From: an uncultured Armatimonadia bacterium
GTDB taxonomy: Bacteria > Armatimonadota > Zipacnadia > CAVVLO01
NCBI GenBank assembly: GCA_963749155.1
Contig: CAVVLO010000002.1
Coordinates: forward strand, 608,001 to 672,000
Length of the DNA: 64,000 nt
Direction of reading: 5' to 3'
Made by a program: the position numbers and the translations under genes. Under the pieces are notes generated by a model. It ran no database searches. It had not been told where the DNA came from and worked only from the letters and a program-made list of their open reading frames with translations. Positions 9,862 through 19,516 of this stretch are shown in pieces; within the stretch, counting starts at the first letter, position 1, and every line of letters starts with the position of its first letter.

Positions 9862-11124
9862 CTAACCACCCAGCACCTTGCGAGGGTCGGTCAGCTTGCC
9901 CGTGAGCGCCGTTGCGGCCACGGTTGCGGGCGAGCCGAGGTAGATCTCCACGTCCTGGTTGTTGCCCATCCGGCCGAAGAAATTGCGGTTGGCGGTCGAG
10001 ATGACCTTCTCGCCATCCGCTGGCACGCCGTTATGGGTGCCCACGCATGGTCCACAGCCTGGCGCCACGAACACGGCGCCTGCCTCGACCAGCGCCTGAT
10101 GGGCGCCACTTGCGATGATGTCCAGCAGGATGCGCCGGCTGCCAGGCACACAGATAAGCCTGAAGTCGCGTGAGACCTGCTTGCCGCCGAGGATGCGCGC
10201 GGCAATCTCGAAGTCGACGACTCTGCCATTGGTGCAGGTACCGATGACGCCCTCCTGAAGCTCGAGGCCTTCCAGCTCTTCTATCGGCGCGACGTTGTCC
10301 ACGCGATGCGGTTTGGCGATCTGGGGGCCTACCTGGCTGGCGTCGAACTCCAGCACCTCGGCATAACTGGCATCAGCATCGGCTGACTGGGGCTTTGCTG
10401 GCCGCGCAGAATGAGCCGCCGCCCAGGCCAGGGTCTTCTTGTCAGCTTCCATCAGGCCGAATTTGGCGCCCATCTCAATTGCCATATTCGAGATGGTGAA
10501 CCGTTCGTCCATCTCGAGGGCGCCGATTGCTTCGCCCACATATTCGGCTGAGCGATACGTGGCGCCATCAGCGGTGACCTGGCCAATCAGATAGAGGATC
10601 AGGTCTTTAGCTGAACTGCCAAGCGGCAGCTTGTTATTGATTACGAACTTCATTGACTCCGGCACGAGGAACCACAGCTTGCCCGTGTAGGCGGCGGCAG
10701 CCAGGTCGGTGGAGCCGACGCCAGTAGCGGCAGCATTGAGCGCGCCATAGGTGCAGGTGTGGCTGTCCGCCCCCACAATCAGGTCGCCTGGCACAACGTG
10801 GCCCTTCTCGGGAAGGAGCTGGTGACAGATGCCTTCCCCGCCTTCATAAAGCAGGCAACCGTATTTTTTGGCCGCCTTGCGCATTTTGGCGTGGATGTTT
10901 GAGACACCCCTCAGCGGGCTGGGGGCGCTATGATCTATCACCATTGCGAACCGGTCCGCGGCTTCGATTTTCTCGGCGCCGAGGTTTTCCAGTTCGTCAA
11001 TGATCATCATCGAGGTGCCGTCCTGGCCCATACAGTAATCTATGGGCGCCACGATGACTTCTCCGGCCTGGACGGGTTGCCCCGCATGGGCCGAGATTAT
11101 TTTCTCAGCGATTGTCTGTCCCAT
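9862..11124 (-). CDS. LeuC/HacA-family [4Fe-4S] hydratase large subunit (probable aconitase large subunit)
   Basis: DH, GICHQ, GADSHTCTYGA, IGTCTNGR, CGPCVG, STANRNFFGRMG. Confidence 0.9.
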   Translation of the reverse strand: MGQTIAEKIISAHAGQPVQAGEVIVAPIDYCMGQDGTSMMIIDELENLGAEKIEAADRFAMVIDHSAPSPLRGVSNIHAKMRKAAKKYGCLLYEGGEGICHQLLPEKGHVVPGDLIVGADSHTCTYGALNAAATGVGSTDLAAAAYTGKLWFLVPESMKFVINNKLPLGSSAKDLILYLIGQVTADGATYRSAEYVGEAIGALEMDERFTISNMAIEMGAKFGLMEADKKTLAWAAAHSARPAKPQSADADASYAEVLEFDASQVGPQIAKPHRVDNVAPIEELEGLELQEGVIGTCTNGRVVDFEIAARILGGKQVSRDFRLICVPGSRRILLDIIASGAHQALVEAGAVFVAPGCGPCVGTHNGVPADGEKVISTANRNFFGRMGNNQDVEIYLGSPATVAATALTGKLTDPRKVLGG

Positions 11125-11133
11125 TTTCGCCTC

Positions 11134-12375
11134 TTACAGCGTCGGATCTACAGTCAGCAGCAGCTCGGTTTCTTCGGGGTAGGTATAGATGAAGCGCAAC
11201 TCTGCCTCGTTCAGCGGCTTCTGCGTGTGCAGGTTGGCATACTGACACAGCCTCAGCAGCTCGCGGGTCTGGTCGTTATCAGTAAGCTCCAGTCCTATAT
11301 CCTCATAGACCTTCTTCAGGCCCGCCGCGCCGCCATACTCGCCGGTGGTGATGATGCGGCCAGTATGAGAGACACAAGGATCTCCGCGCCCAAGCTCTTC
11401 ATAGTCATAAAGCTCGTAGTTCTTGCGGTCCTTCAACGCGCCATCGGCGTGGATGCCCGACTCGTGCGCGAAGGCATTGGCGCCGACGCCCACCTGGTTG
11501 ATCGGAATAGGCAGACCAGTAGCCTCGGAGAAGTAGTTGGCCAGCTTCCAGCTATGACCAAGCACAACCTCCGGATCCAGCACGTCTCTGCCTTCAAGGC
11601 CGGCGCTGTATTTTAGAGCAAGCACCGTGCTCAGCAGGTCGGCGTTGCCAGCCCGTTCGCCCAGGCCATTCACGGTCACGTCAATGAAGGCGTCATAACC
11701 CGCGTCGATGCAGCCAAGCGCCCCCATTACACTGTTGGCGACAACCATCCCCAGGTCGTTATGGCAGTGCATCTCCATTGGGATGCCCACTTCACTCGCG
11801 ACCTCGTGGATACGGTTGTAGATATTCTGGGGCGACTCACAGCCCAGAGTGTCACAGTAACGGACGCGCACGGCGCCTGCGGCTTTGGCTGCGGCCGCGA
11901 ACTCCTTGAGGAAGCCGAGGTCGGTCCGGGAGGCATCCTCGGAGTTGACCGTGGCCGTCTTGATGCCGTTCTCCAGCGCATATTTGCAGGAGTCTTCGGC
12001 CGACTTCAGCACCTCGGCGCGACCCATTTTGCCGCGGAACTTCTTCTCTATCATTATGTCCGAGGTCGAGATGGACAGAGCCAGATGTTCGAGGTCGGTA
12101 TGCTTAACCGCCTTGTCAACATCATCGATGATGCCCCGGCACCAGCCTTCGAGGCGCATACGCTTGAAAGCGCCCTTCTTGGCGAGTTCGGTGTTGGCTT
12201 TGATGTAGTTCAGTTCGTGCCCAGTGAAGGGGAAACCTATCTCGCCCTGGAACACGCCCACCTCATCCAGCATCAAGTTGACAATCGTCTTCTCGAGCTT
12301 GGCGAGGTTTACCCTGGCGGTCTGGACCCCGTCTCTATTGGTCACGTCTACAAGGTAGATGCGCGGCTTACTCAT
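11134..12375 (-). CDS. Homocitrate-synthase-like DRE-TIM enzyme, probable Re-citrate synthase
   Basis: DVTNRDGVQT, EDASRT, RYCDTLG, HCHNDLG, GERAGNA, FAHESGIHADG, YELYDYEELGRG. From memory it closely resembles the Dehalococcoides Re-citrate synthase. Confidence 0.8.
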   Translation of the reverse strand: MSKPRIYLVDVTNRDGVQTARVNLAKLEKTIVNLMLDEVGVFQGEIGFPFTGHELNYIKANTELAKKGAFKRMRLEGWCRGIIDDVDKAVKHTDLEHLALSISTSDIMIEKKFRGKMGRAEVLKSAEDSCKYALENGIKTATVNSEDASRTDLGFLKEFAAAAKAAGAVRVRYCDTLGCESPQNIYNRIHEVASEVGIPMEMHCHNDLGMVVANSVMGALGCIDAGYDAFIDVTVNGLGERAGNADLLSTVLALKYSAGLEGRDVLDPEVVLGHSWKLANYFSEATGLPIPINQVGVGANAFAHESGIHADGALKDRKNYELYDYEELGRGDPCVSHTGRIITTGEYGGAAGLKKVYEDIGLELTDNDQTRELLRLCQYANLHTQKPLNEAELRFIYTYPEETELLLTVDPTL

Positions 12376-12395
12376 TTTAGTATCCTCCTGTCGGT

Positions 12396-13367
12396 CTAAT
12401 AATCTCTCTGGCCCACCCAATCGGCGATATCGAGCAGCGCGGCCCTGGCTTTGTTGTCGGCCAAATCCACGAGGGCTTCCTGCGCTCTAACGCAGTGCTC
12501 GATGGCGACCTGCCTGGCTGCCACTGCCCCTCCGAGTTCGTTCACAAGAGCCACAATCCGCTCAAGTGTCTCGGTGTCTGCCTTTTGGCTGGCGAGTAGA
12601 GCTTTGAGTTGCTTCGTCCTGGTCTTGCTTGTTGCGCGAAGGGCCAGCAGCACCGGCAGGGTCAGCTTGCCCTCGCTAATATCTTCTCCGACCGGCTTGC
12701 CAAGTCGGGTTGGGTTACTGGTAAAGTCGAGTGTGTCATCGGTTATCTGGAAAGCCATCCCCAGATGATAACCGTAAGCCTTCAGGGCATTGACCTCTTC
12801 GACACTAGCCTGGGCCGCCAGAGCGCCCAAAGCGCATGAAGCGGAAAGCAGCGCCGCGGTCTTGCCCCGGATGACATCCAGGTAGTCCTGCTCTGCCACA
12901 TCCACTTGATGATGGTCTGCGAATTGGGCAACTTCGGCCTCCGTCATCTGGGCCATAAGCTCGGAAACCTGGTCAATCATGGCCAGATCCCGCAGGCTGC
13001 CAGCAATCAATAAAGCTTGACCAATAAGATAATCTCCCCCAAGTACTGCCACCCGCGCCCCATGCTGCTTGTGGGCTGTCGGGCGACCGCGCCTGAGAGG
13101 CGAGGCGTCCACAATATCGTCGTGAATCAGCGATGCAGTATGAACTAGTTCTACTGCTGCCGCAACTCTGAACGCTCTATCGTCCAGCTTGCCAGTTGCT
13201 TTCGCTGACAGCAAAGCAAGCAAAGGCCGGACGCGCTTCCCCGGAGGGAAGAGACTGCCCCGCACAAGCTCCGTAAGTGGAGGTGGGGCCTGGTCAGCGA
13301 CCTGCTCGAGCTGCGCTTCAACCTGGGCCAGCCCCTTGCTAACTAGCCGGGATGCCTGTTCCAACAA
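12396..13367 (-). CDS. Polyprenyl diphosphate synthase (trans-IPPS)
   Basis: GKRVRP, HDDIVD..RRG, GKTAAL, FQITDDTLD, GKPVGEDISEGK. Confidence 0.93.
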   Translation of the reverse strand: MLEQASRLVSKGLAQVEAQLEQVADQAPPPLTELVRGSLFPPGKRVRPLLALLSAKATGKLDDRAFRVAAAVELVHTASLIHDDIVDASPLRRGRPTAHKQHGARVAVLGGDYLIGQALLIAGSLRDLAMIDQVSELMAQMTEAEVAQFADHHQVDVAEQDYLDVIRGKTAALLSASCALGALAAQASVEEVNALKAYGYHLGMAFQITDDTLDFTSNPTRLGKPVGEDISEGKLTLPVLLALRATSKTRTKQLKALLASQKADTETLERIVALVNELGGAVAARQVAIEHCVRAQEALVDLADNKARAALLDIADWVGQRDY

Positions 13368-13421
13368 TAAAGCCTCAAAGCCAGTTCCCTGCCGGAAACT
13401 GGCCGGATATCACGACCGAAG

Positions 13422-13450
13422 ATAATACCATATACCTGCCTTCTCGTGAA
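13422..13450 (-). promoter_or_regulatory. Candidate sigma70 promoter of the polyprenyl synthase/TCA operon
   Basis: TTCACG-17 bp-TATTAT with extended TG, located between an upstream terminator and the operon. Confidence 0.5.
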
Positions 13451-13473
13451 GGTACCGGCCTCTTTAAGGGGCC

Positions 13474-13510
13474 AAAACAAAAGCCCCGAGCCCAAAAGGC
13501 GACTCGGGGC
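13474..13510 (-). terminator. Intrinsic terminator after the nucleoside hydrolase gene
   Basis: GCCCCGAG...CTCGGGGC stem followed by TTTTGTTTT on the minus strand. Confidence 0.75.
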
Positions 13511-13528
13511 CTCGACAGCCTCCAGGAC

Positions 13529-14428
13529 TCAGGGCAGTAGTCTTGCTCTCAGCAACCTGTGGAAGCGCTCCGCGTCCACGCCTACCGCCACACGGGAAGG
13601 TGAACTCTCGTCCAGATACCAGATTATCTGGCCTCGAAGCTCGCCTGCCAACTGCACCGAAAGCCTCATCGGAGCAAGCGTCAGAAGCTCTGGATCAATT
13701 AGCGAGGCCAGCGCCAGTGGGTCATGCATGGGAGTCGAATCGGCTTCTCTGATACTGAGCCAACGCGCCAGCATTACCGCAAGCCCCCGCGCAACTCCTT
13801 CTTTACTCGCCTGGAAAGCCTGCATATCTGCGCGCGTCACCCGGGTGCGCTGGGTAACATCGAGCGGCACCAGAGTCACCGGGATGCCGCTTTCCAGCAC
13901 GATTTTTGCCGCCTCCGGATCACAAAAAATATTGTGCTCAATTGGCGGCAGATAAAGCATATCAGGGGCAATCCTCAGCACTCCTCCCATCGCTACAATG
14001 CGAGAGACCCAATCTACCAGCCGGGGCTCCCTCAAGAGAGCCAGGGCGAGATTTGTCATAGCGCCAATCGGCGCCAGCACGAGTTCTCCCGGATATTTCT
14101 CGGCCTGCTCGATTATGAAATCCACTGCGTGCAAAGGCGACTTCAGGTCTTCCCACTCCGGATCGTCCTCGGTAAGGAAACCTTCGCCTTCGTGACCCAT
14201 CCAGCCATGTTGCTTGTCTCGCAACAACGGGGGACCGACTCCGACGGCCACTGGAACAGTCTGCCCCGACAGGTGGATTAGCTTGCGGGCGATGCGCGCG
14301 CGCAGCTCGGTATCGGAATTGACCGTCGTCACGCCAACCAGTTCCAGCTCGGGTGAGTTGAGACAGAGCGCCAGAGCTACGGCATCGTCTATATCGGTAC
14401 CGATGTCGGTATCGAGAATAAGCTTCAT
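13529..14428 (-). CDS. Nucleoside hydrolase (IU-NH family)
   Basis: ILDTDIGTDIDDA, IGAMTNLA, MGG, EHNIFCDPEAA, PLDVT, MHDPLA. Confidence 0.92.
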   Translation of the reverse strand: MKLILDTDIGTDIDDAVALALCLNSPELELVGVTTVNSDTELRARIARKLIHLSGQTVPVAVGVGPPLLRDKQHGWMGHEGEGFLTEDDPEWEDLKSPLHAVDFIIEQAEKYPGELVLAPIGAMTNLALALLREPRLVDWVSRIVAMGGVLRIAPDMLYLPPIEHNIFCDPEAAKIVLESGIPVTLVPLDVTQRTRVTRADMQAFQASKEGVARGLAVMLARWLSIREADSTPMHDPLALASLIDPELLTLAPMRLSVQLAGELRGQIIWYLDESSPSRVAVGVDAERFHRLLRARLLP

Positions 14429-14441
14429 TCAAGAAGGCCTC

Positions 14442-15728
14442 CTAGCCCTGGCTTTCCAGTTCAGCAAGTTTCTCGGCGCACCCGACTACCTTCTTCACAG
14501 CCGCTGCAAGCTGGTCCATAAGCTCGAAGCGCTCATCGGCCAGATGGCCTGTATACATAATCACATCACGGGCGGCCAGTTCCTCACAGCGAGGCAGATC
14601 GCCTTCTTTGTATTCAACTTGCCGGCCCGCCAGCGCGCAGCCCCAGGGGCAGTTGCCCTTCGGATAGAAGAACCTGTCCTGGAAGCGCGCCCTGTAGGGG
14701 ATGGGCACGTTGATGTAGATGCCAAAAGGCGCGCCTTCGGCGTTCAGGGCTTCGAGGAACTTGCCGCGCGAAAGGCCGTGTAGTTCCTCTGTGAAGTATT
14801 CGAAGGCCAGGACATGATAGACATGCTTGCGGCCGACAGGACATCTGATGGCCTTGAGGCCTGGCACCCCTTCAAGCTGGTTCATAAGCCGCTCGCAGTT
14901 CTTGATGCGCCAGGAATTTCGCTCATCGAGATACACGAGCTGGCTTTTCGCCATCGCTGCGGCAAAGGGATGCATCCGGTAATTGAAGGCAGTGCTGTCT
15001 ATGTACCGCGCCCAGTCGCAATCGTCTATCTCATCCCCCTGCCTGGCGGGATGCATCGAGTAGATGAGCATCCGCTGATACGCGTTCTTGTCGCGCGTAA
15101 GAACTATGCCGCCTTCAAGAGCGGGAGTTGCCTTGGAGGCTTGCAGGCTGAAGCACCCAAAGTCGCCCAGGGTGCCCACCTTGCGCCCTTTGTCTTCTCC
15201 CCCATGGCACTGGGCGCAGTCCTCGATAACCGGCAGGTTGTGCTTGCGAGCGACTTCCATGATGGGGTCCATATCGCAGGGCATCCCATACATATGGACC
15301 AGGACGATGGCTTTTGTGAAGGGGCTAATCGCCGCCTCAATCGAAGCCGCGTCCAGGTTGAAGGTGGCGTCGAGGTCCGCATAAACGGGGATGGCATTGG
15401 CGTGGAGGATGCAAGCCGTAGTCGCGCCCCAGGTATAAGGAGAGGTGACTACCTCATCGCCTGGCCCGACCCCTGCGCCAATCAGCGCCAGGTGCAAGGC
15501 CGTCGTGCCCGAGCTGCAACCGAGCGCATAAGGCATCTGGTGATACTCGGCGAAGGCGTCTTCAAAGGCGCCAATGACTCCGCCAGCGTGAATAGCATCG
15601 CGCCCAGTGCCCCAGTAAGCGTCGGTGATGGCCTTGGCCTCGGCTTCGGACCGGAAGGGATAACCAGGCCAGGCGGCGGTTACCCCGGGGTCAGCGCCAA
15701 AAAGAGCCAGCTCCTGCAGAGTGTGCAT
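14442..15728 (-). CDS. DegT/DnrJ/EryC1/StrS family PLP-dependent aminotransferase
   Basis: SSGTTALHLAL, GDEVVT, VHMYG, IEDCAQCHG, FSLQASK, EGG; SD GGAGGAG upstream. Confidence 0.92.
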   Translation of the reverse strand: MHTLQELALFGADPGVTAAWPGYPFRSEAEAKAITDAYWGTGRDAIHAGGVIGAFEDAFAEYHQMPYALGCSSGTTALHLALIGAGVGPGDEVVTSPYTWGATTACILHANAIPVYADLDATFNLDAASIEAAISPFTKAIVLVHMYGMPCDMDPIMEVARKHNLPVIEDCAQCHGGEDKGRKVGTLGDFGCFSLQASKATPALEGGIVLTRDKNAYQRMLIYSMHPARQGDEIDDCDWARYIDSTAFNYRMHPFAAAMAKSQLVYLDERNSWRIKNCERLMNQLEGVPGLKAIRCPVGRKHVYHVLAFEYFTEELHGLSRGKFLEALNAEGAPFGIYINVPIPYRARFQDRFFYPKGNCPWGCALAGRQVEYKEGDLPRCEELAARDVIMYTGHLADERFELMDQLAAAVKKVVGCAEKLAELESQG

Positions 15729-15740
15729 CGCGCTCCTCCC

Positions 15741-15777
15741 AAAAAAACGAATTGCAGCCCAAGTCGGGCTGCAATTC
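15741..15777 (-). terminator. Intrinsic terminator-like hairpin directly upstream of the DegT ribosome-binding site
   Basis: GAATTGCAGCCC-GACTT-GGGCTGCAATTC followed by GTTTTTTT and then GGGAGGAG. Confidence 0.8.
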
Positions 15778-15815
15778 AGCGTGGAGCCTTATTCTCCTGC
15801 CCGGCTAGCAGTTGC

Positions 15816-17601
15816 TTATTGCCCGCCGAGTTTGAATAGTGTGATGTCTTCGAGCTGCCCTGGCTGGGCGCCTTTGGTGAGGGTTACCGAAAGCACGTAC
15901 CAACCAGCCTTCACCTGACCCAGATCCAGTCGCACATCCTGCTTCTGGCCCGCGGCAACCGCCGTGTGACGCTCCACTGCCGACTGGCCTTGCTCAAGTG
16001 GCGCCAGGCTTACGCCAAGTTCTCCCTCAGCCGGACATGACAGCTTAAGCCCGCAGCCCCAGCCTTCTGCCGTTAGATAAAGGTAATAGCTGCGACCGAT
16101 ACCAACAGGCAACTCGCAGCTCTCGCCCCTGGTGACCGCCAGCGCCGTGCCGGCTGTGTCGGACCGGTAAGCCGCGTTGAAGAAGCCCGGCGCAAGTTTG
16201 AAATTGTTACCAGGCAACCGTTTTACCGAATCCACCAGGGCGCTCTTAAAGTAGTCCACCGTATAGCCAATCAGGTGTTTGCTGGCCAGAGAGAAGCCCC
16301 GTGGCGTCTGCGCGCCCTCGGTATAAAGGGCCATCCCAAGCCAATAATCGAAGCCGCTTGCATCTGTAGCCTTCGCCAGTGGCGAGGTCGGCCCGGCTTC
16401 CATATAACCTGCCAGCAGCTTGTCATAGCGCTGCTTGAACAGTCCTGTAAGGTCCAGGGGCCGCCACCAGTAAGCCAGAGAACGCGGGATTTGCCTTGGG
16501 TTCAACTTCGACAGACTCATCCTCAGCGGGCGCCTCATCAGAGCCCGGGGTTTCGACAGGCTGGGCATCGGCGATGGGGGTAATCGTGCCGGATGCCTCC
16601 GAAAGCAACAGCCAGCGCGAGAAAAGCAGCTCTCCGAGTATCCCGTTCGCCCAGGCTTCGGGCGCGGTAAAGCCATCTACCGCAGGCAGCATCAGATGGC
16701 CTGCCTCATGCGCCACTTCGCGGAACCACTCCAGATCGTCCCTGGGTCGCTCCATCTCGTAAAAATACAGGTCGTTGGCCACATGCTCGCCGCCGGCCCG
16801 GCCATCCTCGCAAAGCCACACGTGGAAAGGCGCGCTTGCCCCAGGATCGCGGCCTGTGTATTCAGTCGCCATCGCTGTCAGCGAAACCAGCAGAGTCGCC
16901 GCTTGCCTGGCTCTCAGGGTATAGTCCTGACCGAGCTCGCTCAGATATTTGGAAGGATAGTAAAGCGCAAATTTCTGCTCGTACCGATGGGCTTCGGCAT
17001 CGAAAACATAGCCGTAGATGACCCGGTTGAAACTGGCGCCGGTCCGCGCCTCCACCAGGGGCACTTTCTGCTGGTCGGGGTAGATGACCGAAGTCGTGCA
17101 GGCCACCGCGACCGTCTTGGTTGCCCCTCCTTCGACTGGCCTCAGATGGACCGGGAAGCAGTCGAAACGTGTCGGGCCGAGATTGATGAAGTCATCGTCC
17201 ACCCATAGCATATACCCGGGGCGGTAGACCAAAACTTTCAGCGTGCGAGAGGCATAATCGTCGTCAGGCGCGAATCTGAGCGCCTGGATTAGCGCCATCA
17301 CAGCTTCTTCCCTCTTGCCAAGCTGGACCTGGGCGAAGGCCTTCCATTTCCAGGCATCCGCATAGTCGGGCGAGATAGCCAGCGCGCGTTCAAACTCGCC
17401 CAGTCCTTCCTGGACGCGTTGCTCTCTAAGCAAGGCTTGCCCGCGCCCAAGCGCCGCGGCAGCCTCGGGAGGCGGAGCGCCCAGGTTGGGTTGCACAGTA
17501 GGGGTAAGGTCCAGGGGATTAACTCGCTGCGCCTGCCCCAGGGTCGCCCCCAGCAGCAGCAGCGCCAACGCCATTAGACAGGTCAGCCTGATTACGTTCA
17601 T
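15816..17601 (-). CDS. Secreted TPR-repeat protein with HEXXH motif (frameshift near 16499)
   Basis: Signal peptide, TPR helices (FERALAISPDYADAWKWKAFA..), REVAHEAGH..WANG. ORFs 16423..17601 and 15816..16676 join by removing one base in a CCC run. Confidence 0.65.
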
Positions 17602-17611
17602 ATGCCCTCGA

Positions 17612-18538
17612 TTATAGCAGTATAGCCAGGATGACGCTGAGCGATATAAAACTCAGCACAGTACTTAAGAACACCGAGGAGGCCTGCAGTTTCGATCTGC
17701 CCCCGAAGGTAAGCACCAGCAGCAAGGTGTTGACCGCCGTCGGCATACTGGCCTCTAGTATCATCGCCTTGGCCATCAAGCCTGTTATCCCAAGGACGCC
17801 GACCAGTAGAAAAGCAATCAGCGGGCCGCCGACAAGCCGCATCAACACGGCCGCAGAAAGCAGGCTGAGTTCTGATTTCTCGATGCCCTGTTTCTGCACG
17901 TTGGCAAGTTCCATTCCCAGGGTGAACAAGGCTACAGGAATAGCCGCCTGCCCCAGCATATCGATGGGGGCAAATACAGGCTCCCAGTTTACCAGTGGTA
18001 TGTGGAACGCTCGCACGAGGATGGCGAAAACCGGCCCGTAGAGCATCGGCGTGGTCACGACCGCCTTCAAGGCTTCGCTGGCTGGCCGGGTGCCCCGGCT
18101 TGCGTAGTAGACAGCGGCGCTGCTGGTCGGGAAGGCGTGAGCGACCAAAAAGAGGATAGCTCGCGCAAGCCCCTCCGGCCCCAAAGCAAAGTTGACCACT
18201 GGAAGGCCATAATTGCCCGAGTTCACGAAAAGTGTGCTCAGGAACATAACAGATTCCTGACTGCGGTCGAGGCGAGACATCACGACAATAGCCTTGGTGG
18301 CTAGCCAGGTCAGGCTATAAAGCAATGCGACGAAAGCCAGGGCGTCCCAGACTTCAGTGGCAGTAAGACTGCTTTTTACTAGAGAGGAAAAAATCAGGCA
18401 GGGTGATAACACGTAGATGCTGAGAGTGGCAATTGGCCGCGTGTCGAGTCGGCGCGCTCGCTGGAGAAAGTAACCTCCCAGCAACACGACCATAACCGGC
18501 CCGAGTACCGAGGCGATTGCTAGAAAGCGCTCAATCAG
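17612..18538 (-). CDS. AEC (auxin efflux carrier) family transporter
   Basis: PCLIFSSL, NSGNYGLPV, AIPVALFTLG, MPTAVN, many TM helices. The in-frame N-terminal extension LIERFLAIASVLGPV follows an SD; the exact start is uncertain (first ATG is 18493). Confidence 0.88.
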   Translation of the reverse strand: MIERFLAIASVLGPVMVVLLGGYFLQRARRLDTRPIATLSIYVLSPCLIFSSLVKSSLTATEVWDALAFVALLYSLTWLATKAIVVMSRLDRSQESVMFLSTLFVNSGNYGLPVVNFALGPEGLARAILFLVAHAFPTSSAAVYYASRGTRPASEALKAVVTTPMLYGPVFAILVRAFHIPLVNWEPVFAPIDMLGQAAIPVALFTLGMELANVQKQGIEKSELSLLSAAVLMRLVGGPLIAFLLVGVLGITGLMAKAMILEASMPTAVNTLLLVLTFGGRSKLQASSVFLSTVLSFISLSVILAILL

Positions 18539-18559
18539 CGGAGTTTCCCTTCCTCTCGA

Positions 18560-19492
18560 TTAGTCTTCATGGCAGATAATCGTCTCGGCGACCGCACGTG
18601 GCTGGCCTCGATGGTCTCCCTGCAGTGTGCCCTCGATGGCGAAAATGCGATTGGACTGGGGACAATGCCAGGCAAAAACCACATACACTCGACTTTTGGA
18701 CAGCCGGAGACTGGTGAAAAGCTTGGCTTTCCCCTTAGCCAGCAAGCCGGAGGGATGACCCACCCACATATAGGCGGGATGCCCGTGAAACTCGAGCTCC
18801 AGCGGATCAACAGGGGCAGTGTATTCCTTCTGTTTGAGGACCAGAGTACCCCAGACCAGGCTTGGCACATCGCCTCGCTCGAGCATCATACTGGCCAGTC
18901 CCCATCGGTGGATGGCGAGTTTTTCTTCCTTGTAATCGAACTTGAAGGACAGCATTGCCGAGAGCAGTTTGGCTTCGGACAGGTCATATTCGGCCGGTAT
19001 GTGGAAATCTATCCCGTAGGTTGCAAATCTGGCCCAGCCGTCATTCGAGTGGTCTTTGACACTCGCAAGGACGCGTTCGGCCACCGGTCGGTAGTGCTCG
19101 CCAGGATAGGCGATAATCTGAGCCTGCACGGCCTTGCCGCACTCCTGACAGTACCACAGCGCGCCGTAGCTGGTCTCTTCTTCGCTTTCTACAATATAAG
19201 TCTTGAGTTGCTTCTTGCCCAGTTTGCGCTTGCTGACAAGGCCTGCCTCATCGTTTATCGTGACATCGCCCTTATACTGCTTGCCAACGCGCTTCTCATA
19301 ATCAGAGAGGGTCTTCTCCAGGTCTACCTCGCGTTTGGGCACCTTCCACTGGATGGCCAGGCGAGGCCTGCCCTCCTCATCATGCGCGGTTATATGGCCA
19401 TCTTTCTTGTCCCGGTTGGCTTTGGACAGCTCCCACTCGGCCGGTACTTCGACCTCAAAGCCTTGCCAGGCCAGCACTTGCCAATCACTCAT
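18560..19492 (-). CDS. Hypothetical soluble protein associated with the M28-FtsX/OPT-like module
   Basis: 310-aa ORF with SD GGGAG and two similar halves (LAWQGFEVEVPAEWEL..WYCQECGKAV / FATYGIDFHIPAEYDL..WHCPQSNRIF). Confidence 0.75.
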   Translation of the reverse strand: MSDWQVLAWQGFEVEVPAEWELSKANRDKKDGHITAHDEEGRPRLAIQWKVPKREVDLEKTLSDYEKRVGKQYKGDVTINDEAGLVSKRKLGKKQLKTYIVESEEETSYGALWYCQECGKAVQAQIIAYPGEHYRPVAERVLASVKDHSNDGWARFATYGIDFHIPAEYDLSEAKLLSAMLSFKFDYKEEKLAIHRWGLASMMLERGDVPSLVWGTLVLKQKEYTAPVDPLELEFHGHPAYMWVGHPSGLLAKGKAKLFTSLRLSKSRVYVVFAWHCPQSNRIFAIEGTLQGDHRGQPRAVAETIICHED

Positions 19493-19516
19493 CCAGCTAC
19501 TCCCTTTCCAAGACAC

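Noticed and set aside
8273..12375. Leucine or alpha-aminoadipate lysine operon, or nitrogenase-linked nifV
   Set aside because: No ilv, lysW/X/Y/Z or nif genes are nearby. The neighbours are mdh and fumarase, and the dehydrogenase has an IDH-like motif. Not fully excluded without assays.
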